A stretch of 64,000 bases of DNA from Lachnospiraceae bacterium (GTDB taxonomy: Bacteria > Bacillota > Clostridia > Lachnospirales > Lachnospiraceae), in contig JAKSRR010000014.1 of assembly GCA_024403455.1 (NCBI GenBank), positions 3,246 to 67,245 of the forward strand. Direction: 5' to 3'. The position numbers and the translations under genes were made by a program. The stretch's first letter is position 1. Each line of letters starts with the position of its first letter. This document shows positions 29,150 through 37,885 of this stretch, in pieces. Under the pieces are notes generated by a model. The model was not told the DNA's origin and did no database searches. It worked only from the letters and a program-made list of their open reading frames with translations.

Positions 29150-32100
29150 GTGGTGAATCCGGTCATTATCGCGGCTGGTGTCTGTTTGTCTGCAAAGGTT
29201 ATCAGTTTTATTGCGGGTGAATTAACAGAGGCGGAAAAACAAAAACAGAAGGAGATTGCTAAGGAGATCGAAAGAATTCAATCTCTTTATTGTGATGATA
29301 TAGACGACGAAGCAGTCATTGATGAAATCAAAAAAAGAGAGAAGGTTGCTCAAAAAAGAAACGAGATACATTTATTTCTGAAGAGTAAGGCTGAAGAGAT
29401 AAAAGTGGATAGAGAAAATCTTATCAAGGAAATCAGTGATTCGAAGAATAAAGTTGTGAAAGCTTTAAATGAAACTGATTATTCAACGCCGCTTCGAAGA
29501 AGTAGCTTAGAATTACTTACACGGCAACTTGATGAATCCAAGGAAAAGGCTAGAGCATATATACAGTATCTAGATTATTTTATAAGTGAAATTCCTAACA
29601 ACAAGGATGCGGAGAAGGAGTCTTTTTCATTACCATTTATGTTGCCGGAGAACTACCCATATGTTGGTAAAGTGATATGGATTAATCCAGGTCAATTGTC
29701 CCAAAGAGTAGTTGTATACGAACCTTCTGAATTGCCACGCTTTACATTAAGTGTAGATGATGATCGGGACACCATTGAATATATGGAGTGCACTGCTTTG
29801 CCAGTTATGATTACGGGAATGAGCAGATCTCAATTAACAGTATCTATCGAGAGAGGCTTATTTAAAGCATATGAGTTAGTTAATACACGTTTAGGAGTCT
29901 CAGCGGTTGTAAATGAAATCCAAAATAACAAAGTTGTTCTTATATATCAAAATAAACTCGAGTTGTGTCTGCATAAAGACAAGATGATCAATCCAAACAG
30001 ATTCCCACCCGTACGTTCACAGATAACGGTTTACCCAATAAGGTGGGAGTATAGGCTTTCGCCTTATAAAACCAGAGATGGAGGGATAATACGCTATCCG
30101 GTAACGGTAAGTGAAAAAAAGGAAGATGCGATATCTGCTCTCAGCTTTAGAAACTTTCCAATATGTTTTGAAAGAGAGGATTTTGAGAAGTTTACGGATT
30201 ATTTTCAGAAAAATAGTCTCCAAGATTATGATGAAGAATTTTTAATTGGTCCAGCATGTTTAGATGATGTCATATTAAAAAAAGGAACACTTTTAAAATT
30301 ACAAATTGGTGATATACCTTTGTTTTATGTTGAAGTAGATGAGTATTCCAACAGAGAAGACATTCTGCGTTATTATTTTAGATTTCACCATATGTGTGAT
30401 AAGAACGATAAAGTTTTTTCGGCAGATGATATTTTTGTGCCCTTTGATGTTAGTATTGCGCCTTACTATGCTGGTACTTCGGATGAAATGATACAGCAGT
30501 ATATGGATATAGACAATCTTGATGATGTTGTATCTCTGATTTGGGATGTTTTTGAGGAATTTAGAATACAGAACCAAATCAGAAAAGACCGGCAGGGTAT
30601 AGGATATTTTTTAAAATGGGAATATGTAACAGGAAAGCTTATTTCTGTTCTTGAGCAAGGTGACAGTATCGAATTATGTGTTAACTGGAGAAATAGTGAA
30701 AGAAGAAATACTGCCATTGCCGATATAAAGAATTTCGAAGATGTGGCCACTTTTATTCAGAATTTTGAAAAAAGAATGAGCTCTTCGTCAATAAATGAAT
30801 GGAAACCTCAGTTTTTTGTGAAGGATTATTTGGATAATCGATATGAGGCAAAGTTTGGTGACTCTTCAGCGAGCGAGTTAATAATTAATGGAATGAATGT
30901 TGCTGATACATTTGAAAATAGTGAGGGGCGAATTCTCTTATATATCGCAAATCGACCATACGCGGAATATCAGCAAAAGAATGCACTTAGACAATTACGA
31001 GTAGGTCAGGTTGTAAATCCAATTATTCAGGCAACTTGTCTTAATAGTTTAAACTTTATCAGTGATTTTGATGATGAAATAGAGATAGAACAATTTTTTA
31101 ATAAATGTCTCAAAAATAATCAAGCACAAAAACAAGCAGTAATAAATGCTTTTAAGGAGAAAAATTTATTTTTAATTCAAGGTCCTCCCGGAACAGGAAA
31201 GACAACTGTTATAAGAGAACTAGTTGAGCAAACGCTTAATACTAATCCGAATTCTAGAGTGTTAATTGTTTCTCAGGCAAATGTTGCAGTTGATAACGCA
31301 TTGTCTGGACTGGTGGAGCGTTATGCAAATCAAGTAGTGCGTTGTGGCAGAGGTAATAAAATATCCTCAAAGTTTCAAGAATATTTGTTACAAACTAGAT
31401 GCAAAAAATATATAGACAACCTCAAAGAAAGAAAAATAGACTTTGATGGTGTCTTTTATGATGAATGGGAAAATATTGTCATAAAGGATGAGAGTCATGA
31501 TTATAGTCCGGCTTTGTGCGAGTTGATTGTCAGAAGTCATCGTTTGATAGGAGCAACATGTGTTGGTCTAGCCAAAAGAAATATTGGACTTGAGCGAATG
31601 AAGTTTGATTTAGTTATTATTGATGAGGCTGGAAAGGCGTTACCAGCTGAGCTCCTTATACCGCTAGTGAGGGCAAAGAAAGCTGTAATAATTGGAGATC
31701 AGCGTCAACTTCCGCCCATAATCAATCCCATTTTATACGATGAAGAAAAGATAGATCTAGAAGAGAGAACTATATCAGAAAATATTTTATTTAGTCATAG
31801 TTTTTTTGAACGATTATATGATAACGCTCCTGAGACTGCTAAAATAATGCTAAATATTCAGTATCGCATGCCAGCGGTAATAGGAACTGCGATTAGTGAG
31901 TTATTTTATGATGGGAAATTAATGAATGGAGAGGGGACCGATAAAAGGATTCCAATATTATATGACTCAAACCTTTCATTCTTGAATTTTGATAATGATA
32001 AACAATACTTTGAAGAAACAAGAGGCTCAAAACAGGTTGTAAATAAAAAGGAAGCTGGTGCGGTTGTATTTCTATTAGAAAAGATTAGAAAGAAAGACAA

Positions 32101-32728
32101 AGACTGCAAGATTGCTGTAGTTACACCATATAAAGGACAAAAAAGACTAATTAGTAATACATTACTTGAAAACGGAATATATTATAAGAGGGATAATATA
32201 GAAGTTGATACTATTGATTCATTCCAAGGTAGTGAGGCAGAAGTTGTTCTCTTTTGTACAACAAGAGCGCAAAAACCAACACGATTCTTTAGGGACAATA
32301 AACGGCTAAATGTCGCGTTATCAAGAGCCAAGAGAGAATTGATAATACTGGGTAAAATGAGCTATTTTACTAAATATAAGAGGTCTGATAGTTGTTTGCC
32401 AAAGCTCGCTGAATATATTAAAAAGCATGGAAATATCATTGATTCTGGAGAGATTTCTATTGTAAAGAGTAATAATACAAAGGAAATGGGTTATGTGATG
32501 GTTTCTGTAGCGGATATTATTATTCCAATAGAGTTTTATAAAAACCCTCCAAATAATTTCGATATACAAGATAAGATTGAAGAGTATTATAAAAATGGAG
32601 ACTTTCTGCAGCCAATATCGGTAAAAAGGAAAGGTGAAAAGTATATATTAGATGACGGATTTTCCCAGTTTGGGGCAATTCAGGAGTTGGGTATATCCGA
32701 AGTTTTCTGTAGAAGAGTAAGGAAATAA
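29150..32728 (+). CDS. Superfamily 1 (Upf1/DNA2-like) helicase with long N-terminus and C-terminal ParB-like domain
   Basis: [50 protein letters not shown]; C-term QPISVKRKGEKYILDDGF. Confidence 0.9.
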   Translation: MVNPVIIAAGVCLSAKVISFIAGELTEAEKQKQKEIAKEIERIQSLYCDDIDDEAVIDEIKKREKVAQKRNEIHLFLKSKAEEIKVDRENLIKEISDSKNKVVKALNETDYSTPLRRSSLELLTRQLDESKEKARAYIQYLDYFISEIPNNKDAEKESFSLPFMLPENYPYVGKVIWINPGQLSQRVVVYEPSELPRFTLSVDDDRDTIEYMECTALPVMITGMSRSQLTVSIERGLFKAYELVNTRLGVSAVVNEIQNNKVVLIYQNKLELCLHKDKMINPNRFPPVRSQITVYPIRWEYRLSPYKTRDGGIIRYPVTVSEKKEDAISALSFRNFPICFEREDFEKFTDYFQKNSLQDYDEEFLIGPACLDDVILKKGTLLKLQIGDIPLFYVEVDEYSNREDILRYYFRFHHMCDKNDKVFSADDIFVPFDVSIAPYYAGTSDEMIQQYMDIDNLDDVVSLIWDVFEEFRIQNQIRKDRQGIGYFLKWEYVTGKLISVLEQGDSIELCVNWRNSERRNTAIADIKNFEDVATFIQNFEKRMSSSSINEWKPQFFVKDYLDNRYEAKFGDSSASELIINGMNVADTFENSEGRILLYIANRPYAEYQQKNALRQLRVGQVVNPIIQATCLNSLNFISDFDDEIEIEQFFNKCLKNNQAQKQAVINAFKEKNLFLIQGPPGTGKTTVIRELVEQTLNTNPNSRVLIVSQANVAVDNALSGLVERYANQVVRCGRGNKISSKFQEYLLQTRCKKYIDNLKERKIDFDGVFYDEWENIVIKDESHDYSPALCELIVRSHRLIGATCVGLAKRNIGLERMKFDLVIIDEAGKALPAELLIPLVRAKKAVIIGDQRQLPPIINPILYDEEKIDLEERTISENILFSHSFFERLYDNAPETAKIMLNIQYRMPAVIGTAISELFYDGKLMNGEGTDKRIPILYDSNLSFLNFDNDKQYFEETRGSKQVVNKKEAGAVVFLLEKIRKKDKDCKIAVVTPYKGQKRLISNTLLENGIYYKRDNIEVDTIDSFQGSEAEVVLFCTTRAQKPTRFFRDNKRLNVALSRAKRELIILGKMSYFTKYKRSDSCLPKLAEYIKKHGNIIDSGEISIVKSNNTKEMGYVMVSVADIIIPIEFYKNPPNNFDIQDKIEEYYKNGDFLQPISVKRKGEKYILDDGFSQFGAIQELGISEVFCRRVRK

Positions 32729-32733
32729 TCATA

Positions 32734-32762
32734 AAAGGATCGTATAGCACGGTCCTTTTTTT
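32734..32762 (+). terminator. Intrinsic terminator after helicase operon
   Basis: AAAGGATCGT-ATAGC-ACGGTCCTTT followed by T tract. Confidence 0.65.
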
Positions 32763-32928
32763 GTGCTTGAACTTATTAATTCAGAAAAAAGTGTCCTTTT
32801 CATTGATAATTTTACACAGAGGAACTAGTGCATCGTGTGCACGTAGTGTGCAGATAAAAAAGACTCGCGAAAAAAACAAGTTCTTATATAGCAACGTAAT
32901 CTATCTATGTATTAGAGGAGGAACTATT

Positions 32929-33969
32929 ATGAACGAAAAAGCAAAAGAAATTAGAAAAAAAGAGATTTTAGAAAGACTTGGCAAATTAGGGGAAGGCTCT
33001 TACAAGCATGAAGAAATTGCAAAAGAATATGAAAGCCTTGTAGTAAGTACCGCGAATGTAATCTTTGATAAGGAACATACGATGGGCGGAAACATATGGC
33101 TTAAAGATGTAAAAGACCATATCATGGAAACGGCAAAAGAATGTAAGCTTAACCATTCGGAAGAAATGAAAAGCTTTTTAACTGCATACAGGAATCTTGA
33201 TAACGCAATGGCAGCATATCGTTCGGGAATATGGGGAGAAAATATCGCTTTTCAGAGACTAGAGTTAATGAAACAACCATATAAACTTATTAGGAATATC
33301 GAAATAACTGATAAGGTTGGTAAAACTGAGATTGATGGTGTGGTAATTACAAAGAAGGCTATATTCATTCTTGAAATTAAGAATACGAAGAAAGACATAT
33401 TGATTACAGAAGAGGGTGATTATACTACTTTGGGAACTTATGTAAGTAATGAGGGCGGCATCAAATGGAAAATGGGACATAGACTTGATGCATTGAAGGC
33501 AGTGCTTAATAACGTGAGTGTTCCTAAGTTAAATATGGTAAAACTTGTAGTATTTAACAATGAGGAGGGACAGATAATAAATAGATGTAGTTCTCTGCGA
33601 ACTTGCTTATTGTCCCAATTACCTTCTGTTATCGAGGATTATCAAGGAAGAGATCTATATTCGGAACTAGATATGAACAATATGGCCAGATATATCGAAA
33701 AGGCTAGAGAGGAGTTCACCTATACACTTGATGGAAATCCTAAAGAGTTTAAGGAGAGGTTTGCGTCTATTGTGGCTACTATAGAAATGGCAAGAACCGA
33801 TAGTTTACTCATGGAATCAACTAGTGAAGTGGTTGATGAAATTGAGCCGACAGTAGTTGAGGTATCGGAAACAACAAATTTAAGCAAGGTAGGAATGGTT
33901 GTAGGCATTCTTAGTGCTCTATCTGCGGCTGGATATGCAGCATATAAGTTCTTTACTAGAAATCATTAA
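32929..33969 (+). CDS. NERD-domain nuclease-like protein with C-terminal membrane anchor
   Basis: GAGGAGG RBS; G.WGE, TEIDGVVITKKAIFILEIKN; C-terminal hydrophobic helix. Confidence 0.85.
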   Translation: MNEKAKEIRKKEILERLGKLGEGSYKHEEIAKEYESLVVSTANVIFDKEHTMGGNIWLKDVKDHIMETAKECKLNHSEEMKSFLTAYRNLDNAMAAYRSGIWGENIAFQRLELMKQPYKLIRNIEITDKVGKTEIDGVVITKKAIFILEIKNTKKDILITEEGDYTTLGTYVSNEGGIKWKMGHRLDALKAVLNNVSVPKLNMVKLVVFNNEEGQIINRCSSLRTCLLSQLPSVIEDYQGRDLYSELDMNNMARYIEKAREEFTYTLDGNPKEFKERFASIVATIEMARTDSLLMESTSEVVDEIEPTVVEVSETTNLSKVGMVVGILSALSAAGYAAYKFFTRNH

Positions 33970-33986
33970 TAAGGGGGTGATTGATT

Positions 33987-34121
33987 ATGGAAAAAGTCAT
34001 AAGCGTAATCAAAAAAGTAGGTATTGTCTGTACGGCAATTGCAGGAATTGCAACGTCCCTTGAGCAGGTGTGCGGTAAAGTAAAGGAAATAAGAACGGTA
34101 AATAAGGAAGAAACACAGTGA
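33987..34121 (+). CDS. Unannotated 44-aa amphipathic peptide (MEKVISVIKKVGIVCTAIAGIATSLEQVCGKVKEIRTVNKEETQ)
   Basis: AAGGGGGTGA RBS, ATG, TGA, then terminator. Confidence 0.6.
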   Translation: MEKVISVIKKVGIVCTAIAGIATSLEQVCGKVKEIRTVNKEETQ

Positions 34122-34125
34122 GGGA

Positions 34126-34150
34126 GGGGGAGTCTATATGACTCCCCTAT
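34126..34150 (+). terminator. Hairpin terminator
   Basis: GGGGAGTC-TATAT-GACTCCCC. Confidence 0.6.
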
Positions 34151-34169
34151 AGTCGTATTTATTATACTC

Positions 34170-34203
34170 TTGAAAATGTATTTTGGTATGATATATAATA
34201 CCA
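34170..34203 (+). promoter_or_regulatory. TA operon promoter with operator; likely leaderless mRNA
   Basis: TTGAAA-N18-TATAAT, ATG 6 nt after -10; TGGTAT-N8-ATACCA overlaps -10. Confidence 0.6.
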
Positions 34204-34205
34204 TT

Positions 34206-34631
34206 ATGGAAAAGCATACAGTTATACTTGATACAAACGTAATACTTTCTGGTTTACAAAGTCGCAATGGAGTATCGTTCCAATTACTGCAAAAACTGCT
34301 AAATGAAGAATACGAAATAGCAGTTTCAGTGCCCCTTGTAATGGAATATGAGTCCATACTCAAAAAAAGGCTTGTCCCAGAATTGTACACGGAAGAAGAT
34401 ATTGACGACGTTATAAATTATCTTTGTTCAGTAGCAAAGCACACAAGGATATATTATCTGTGGAGACCATATCTAAAGGATGCATTTGATGATCACGTAT
34501 TGGAAGTTGCCATGTCTTCTGGAGTATCTTATATCGTGACATATAATATCAAAGACTTTGAAAAGGCTAAAGATATGGGAATAAAACCTATTAGCCCATA
34601 TGATTTTTGGAAACGGTTAGAGGAGGGTTAG
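34206..34631 (+). CDS. PIN-domain toxin (VapC-like, PIN_3 type)
   Basis: VILDTNVILS, EYE, DAFDDHVLE.A, IVTYNIKDF. Confidence 0.9.
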   Translation: MEKHTVILDTNVILSGLQSRNGVSFQLLQKLLNEEYEIAVSVPLVMEYESILKKRLVPELYTEEDIDDVINYLCSVAKHTRIYYLWRPYLKDAFDDHVLEVAMSSGVSYIVTYNIKDFEKAKDMGIKPISPYDFWKRLEEG

Positions 34632-34633
34632 TT

Positions 34634-34876
34634 ATGAGTACATTAAGTGTAAGGCTTCCAAATTCTGTGCATGATGCAGTTAAAGATTATGCATCTGATG
34701 ATAATATTTCTATTAACCAGTTCATTGCTTCAGCTGTAATGGAAAAAATTACAGCTTTGGATACTGAAAAGTACCTAAAAGAGAAGGCTTCAAAGGGAAG
34801 CAAAGAAAAATTTAAGGCTGTGTTAGGTAAAGTTCCTGACACAGAACCAGATGAATCGGATAAATTTAATTCTTAG
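34634..34876 (+). CDS. Ribbon-helix-helix antitoxin (HicB-like/CopG)
   Basis: STLSVRLPNSVH...ISINQFIASAVMEK. Confidence 0.85.
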   Translation: MSTLSVRLPNSVHDAVKDYASDDNISINQFIASAVMEKITALDTEKYLKEKASKGSKEKFKAVLGKVPDTEPDESDKFNS

Positions 34877-34884
34877 GAATTTGT

Positions 34885-34933
34885 AGATGCTGATTAAAAC
34901 TCCTCCTCTCAACATGAGAGGAGGAGTTCTTTA
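34885..34933. terminator. Bidirectional terminator preceded by the AGATGCTGATTAAA motif of the island A boundary element
   Basis: AGATGCTGATTAAA + AACTCCTCCTCTC-AACAT-GAGAGGAGGAGTT. Confidence 0.7.
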
Positions 34934-34947
34934 TTTGGAGAAATGCT

Positions 34948-35292
34948 TTAGCTTAATAGCTCCATAATCCTTGCGGCCTTAAGTATTAGCTGCTTCTTCT
35001 CATCCTGTAGCATTTTCCTACGTTCTTCGTAGTACTTCTTCTTTAGACTTTCATCCGCATCAATAAAGACTTTTACCTCTTTAAGCGTAAATCCTAGCCA
35101 CTGGTATTCGTGGATTAGCTTGATGCGGTCATACATTTCCTGGTCATAAAGTAGATGCCCCATGTGGTTCTTACATGTTGGAACGACAAGGTCTAACTCT
35201 TCATATCCCTGTACAACTCTTCTGGAGATGCCGATGGTTTCCTTAATGTCTCTAAGGCTGTAGTACTTTACTTCATTTTTTGTGTTTTTCAT
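34948..35292 (-). CDS. Short MerR-family transcriptional regulator (paralog of 20178)
   Basis: AGGAGG RBS; YSLRDIKETIGISRRVVQGYEELDLV.P..KNHMGHLLY, LGFTLKEV. Confidence 0.88.
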   Translation of the reverse strand: MKNTKNEVKYYSLRDIKETIGISRRVVQGYEELDLVVPTCKNHMGHLLYDQEMYDRIKLIHEYQWLGFTLKEVKVFIDADESLKKKYYEERRKMLQDEKKQLILKAARIMELLS

Positions 35293-35373
35293 TGTTTTTG
35301 TCCTCCTATGACGAAAAAGTGATTTTTGCTTCATAAGAGGACTTGTTTTTTTCGCGAATTGGAAAAATAGGAG

Positions 35374-35403
35374 TTGACTGCACGAAAAGTGCAGTTTTTT
35401 AAT
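35374..35403 (+). promoter_or_regulatory. MerR-type operator/promoter between divergent merR and lipoprotein
   Basis: TTGACTGCAC-GAAAA-GTGCAGTTTTTTAAT. Confidence 0.7.
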
Positions 35404-35489
35404 AGATATTCCATCTTTGAGCACGCGAAAATTTCTGTTGCTTATATGGATACATGCAAAGATCTATTTCAAATGTAGGAGGAGAGAGT

Positions 35490-35939
35490 ATGAAAAAGAG
35501 ACTTTTAAGAAGCTTACTGGTGTTAATGGCAATCAGTTGTATGACTAGTTGCGGAAGTAGAAAGGATGAAGGGACAACAATGGGGAGTAAAAGTTCAGTC
35601 AGTGATGCTATTTATGAAGAGTTTGACAGATATTCTAGGGCAGTAAGGGATTATGAAGGAAAATACGTATGTGATGTAGGCTATACATCTCCAGAGGGCT
35701 ATAAATATGATGTATATGGTGATATTAAGTTGCCACTACGCATTGCAGGACCAAATGGGGAGAATATAAATGTTTCTGATGGAGATTTAAGTGAATATGT
35801 AGTTGTAAATCAGTATCCTGAAGCCAAAACAGAAATAAAAATATCCTATACCATGGATGAAAAGGGAAATGAGTATGAGCATTACCCTAAAGAAATTAGT
35901 GTCAAAGAGATAATTCTATACATTGAAAAAGAAAAATAA
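35490..35939 (+). CDS. Lipoprotein with a single PASTA-like repeat (homolog of 20572)
   Basis: Lipobox MTSC; RDYEG..VCDVGYTSPEG..YDVYG ... YVVVNQYPEAKTEIKISY..DEKGNEY. Confidence 0.75.
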   Translation: MKKRLLRSLLVLMAISCMTSCGSRKDEGTTMGSKSSVSDAIYEEFDRYSRAVRDYEGKYVCDVGYTSPEGYKYDVYGDIKLPLRIAGPNGENINVSDGDLSEYVVVNQYPEAKTEIKISYTMDEKGNEYEHYPKEISVKEIILYIEKEK

Positions 35940-35957
35940 AAATATTTAGAAGAATGT

Positions 35958-35987
35958 TTGACTGTCCCTTGGGGGCAGTTTTTTAAT
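35958..35987 (+). promoter_or_regulatory. Operator/terminator-like element with the same frame as 35374
   Basis: TTGACTG-N11-CAGTTTTTTAAT at both sites. Confidence 0.5.
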
Positions 35988-36022
35988 GGTTCTTACCATC
36001 AAAAAAAGAAAGGAGAAAGATC

Positions 36023-36184
36023 ATGAGAGAAAATAAATTAATGACTGGGGAAATCTATATTTCGAAGGTGTTTATTGCGCTATTTGCACTATCTGTTATT
36101 ACCAGCACGGTGTTAATTGTAATGATTCTAAAGACGAATGGATTTCACTCGCCGGTTCTGGAGTTATTTAAAAAGAAGATCTAG
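36023..36184 (+). CDS. Unannotated 53-aa single-TM protein
   Basis: AAGGAG RBS; MRENKLMTGEIYISKVFIALFALSVITSTVLIVMILKTNGFHSPVLELFKKKI. Confidence 0.65.
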   Translation: MRENKLMTGEIYISKVFIALFALSVITSTVLIVMILKTNGFHSPVLELFKKKI

Positions 36185-36294
36185 GGACGAGACAGTTTTT
36201 AGGTAAGAAGGTGAGGCGGCACCCACAAATCCAGAAAAAAAGAAGTATGAAATATCATAGGAGAACCAAAAGATATTGAAAGGAGATTATAGCT

Positions 36295-36489
36295 ATGGAC
36301 GAGAAGAAACAGGAACTTGCAGAGAAAACAAAGAAGGGAGAAAAGATCGTTAGGATTTATATTCCGAAAACCTGCGTAGCAATTGCTTTGGGAGTGGTTG
36401 TGATTGGCATGGTGTTGTTATTTATATATTTGAAACAAAAGGGGTTTTGGGCTTCTGAGTTTGAATTATTTGGAGCTAAGGGTAATTGA
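36295..36489 (+). CDS. 64-aa single-TM protein, paralog of 36023
   Basis: AAGGAG RBS; shared IYI.K...TM...LK..GF....ELF. Confidence 0.7.
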   Translation: MDEKKQELAEKTKKGEKIVRIYIPKTCVAIALGVVVIGMVLLFIYLKQKGFWASEFELFGAKGN

Positions 36490-36562
36490 ATTGGAATTGG
36501 ATGATTCTTGCAAGAAGAATAACAAATTATTATGGCAGAGATAAAAGCAGAAGGGAGAAAAA

Positions 36563-36781
36563 ATGACAATCTACAAAACACAGGAATGGAAAGGCTACGG
36601 AAAACAGAATTATTACTGGAATGAGTATAGGTTAGAAGGAGGAGAAGTCGTTAAGTATAAGTGCCACAGACAGAAGTTCTTTGACGGCAATGAAAATAAC
36701 TGGGAAACCGATGAGGAGGAACAGGAAAGGTGGGATGTTAATGATCCGGAGGTGCCGGAGTGGCTTAGAAAGCATATTTAG
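36563..36781 (+). CDS. Small Trp/Tyr-rich hypothetical protein
   Basis: GGGAG RBS, clean ORF. Confidence 0.7.
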   Translation: MTIYKTQEWKGYGKQNYYWNEYRLEGGEVVKYKCHRQKFFDGNENNWETDEEEQERWDVNDPEVPEWLRKHI

Positions 36782-36814
36782 ATGTAAAAAGAGGAACCTA
36801 GAGGAGGGAAAGCG

Positions 36815-37579
36815 ATGCAAAAGGGATGCAAATTAGTTAGCGCGCAATTAAGAGATGGAAAGCATAGTAACAAAGCCTACAACATGAGGCAAATTCTAAA
36901 AAGATGTAATTATACCTCTGATGAGATAGCAGAGGAACTAGGAATCCCCTATGTTGTTATATGCGACATTTTTAGTGGTGAGGAAAAGCCTGAAATGGAA
37001 CTTATAGAGACAGTGTCTACATATCTTGGTCTTGATAGAAAGTTCTTCCTTATGCCTTGGGCAGATGTGGAGGAGGAATTCTATAGGCTTCCTATGTTCC
37101 TATATAGGCTTGATGAGGATGCTGAGTGGTACAGATTTAAGCCAAAGAATAAAAAAGATCCAGAGTACCACATGGCAAAAGACTATTTTCCGAAACAGGA
37201 TTATATCCAGGAAAAGATGGAGTTTTATGAAAGCGCGGTAAGAAGATATATCGGTGTGATAGAGGATACTAAGGTACCGCTTAAGTATAGCGATAAGGAA
37301 CTTCAGTATAGAAGAGGGCGAATCTATCTTAATATCTGTACAGACTTATATAAAGCCTGTTTTCAGCTTGATCCAAAAGAGAAGATGGACTACTTCGAAG
37401 CCACAAACCTAACAGAAATCCTAAAGGGGAGAAGTGCGGATAACAGACTGGAAACGGCTCTGGAGATGCTAGTGGATGCCATGAGGGACGACTCTACGGA
37501 AGATAAAGATGTGGATTTAGATAGTCTCCTTCTCTCGGGTCAAACAAAGTGCGTTATGAGAACGAGCGATAAAGAGTAA
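36815..37579 (+). CDS. Hypothetical protein with N-terminal XRE-like HTH
   Basis: YTSDEIAEELGIPYVVICDIFSGEEKP. Confidence 0.6.
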   Translation: MQKGCKLVSAQLRDGKHSNKAYNMRQILKRCNYTSDEIAEELGIPYVVICDIFSGEEKPEMELIETVSTYLGLDRKFFLMPWADVEEEFYRLPMFLYRLDEDAEWYRFKPKNKKDPEYHMAKDYFPKQDYIQEKMEFYESAVRRYIGVIEDTKVPLKYSDKELQYRRGRIYLNICTDLYKACFQLDPKEKMDYFEATNLTEILKGRSADNRLETALEMLVDAMRDDSTEDKDVDLDSLLLSGQTKCVMRTSDKE

Positions 37580-37598
37580 ATACTTGGAGGAAAAAGAT

Positions 37599-37862
37599 AT
37601 GGGAAAGAGAAATAAGAACATCGATGCGTATATCCGTGATATTAAAGAGGCTGCAACGGAAAAAGGTAGATTACAGGGCCGGAAATATGTAAGTCCACTA
37701 CTAGTTGTTGCCGCTGTCTCTTTGTATCTGTACGGAAAAGCGAAGGGAAGCATGAGAGATAAGATAAACTGCCTTGATGCTGAAATGAAAGGGGCAGAAA
37801 CTAAACTTCGCTCAGAAGTAGAAAGATGTAGTAGAGAGCCGGAGCCAGTTATTATAGATTAA
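37599..37862 (+). CDS. Small hypothetical protein with one TM helix
   Basis: GGAGG RBS; LLVVAAVSLYLY. Confidence 0.55.
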   Translation: MGKRNKNIDAYIRDIKEAATEKGRLQGRKYVSPLLVVAAVSLYLYGKAKGSMRDKINCLDAEMKGAETKLRSEVERCSREPEPVIID

Positions 37863-37885
37863 CTAACTAAAGAGGAGGGAAAGAA

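Noticed and set aside
32761-32928. N-terminal extensions in the ORF track (also 770, 4592, 35424, 40694, 61437)
   Set aside because: Downstream ATGs fit better (RBS and/or position after the upstream stop); the extensions overlap upstream genes, terminators or promoters.
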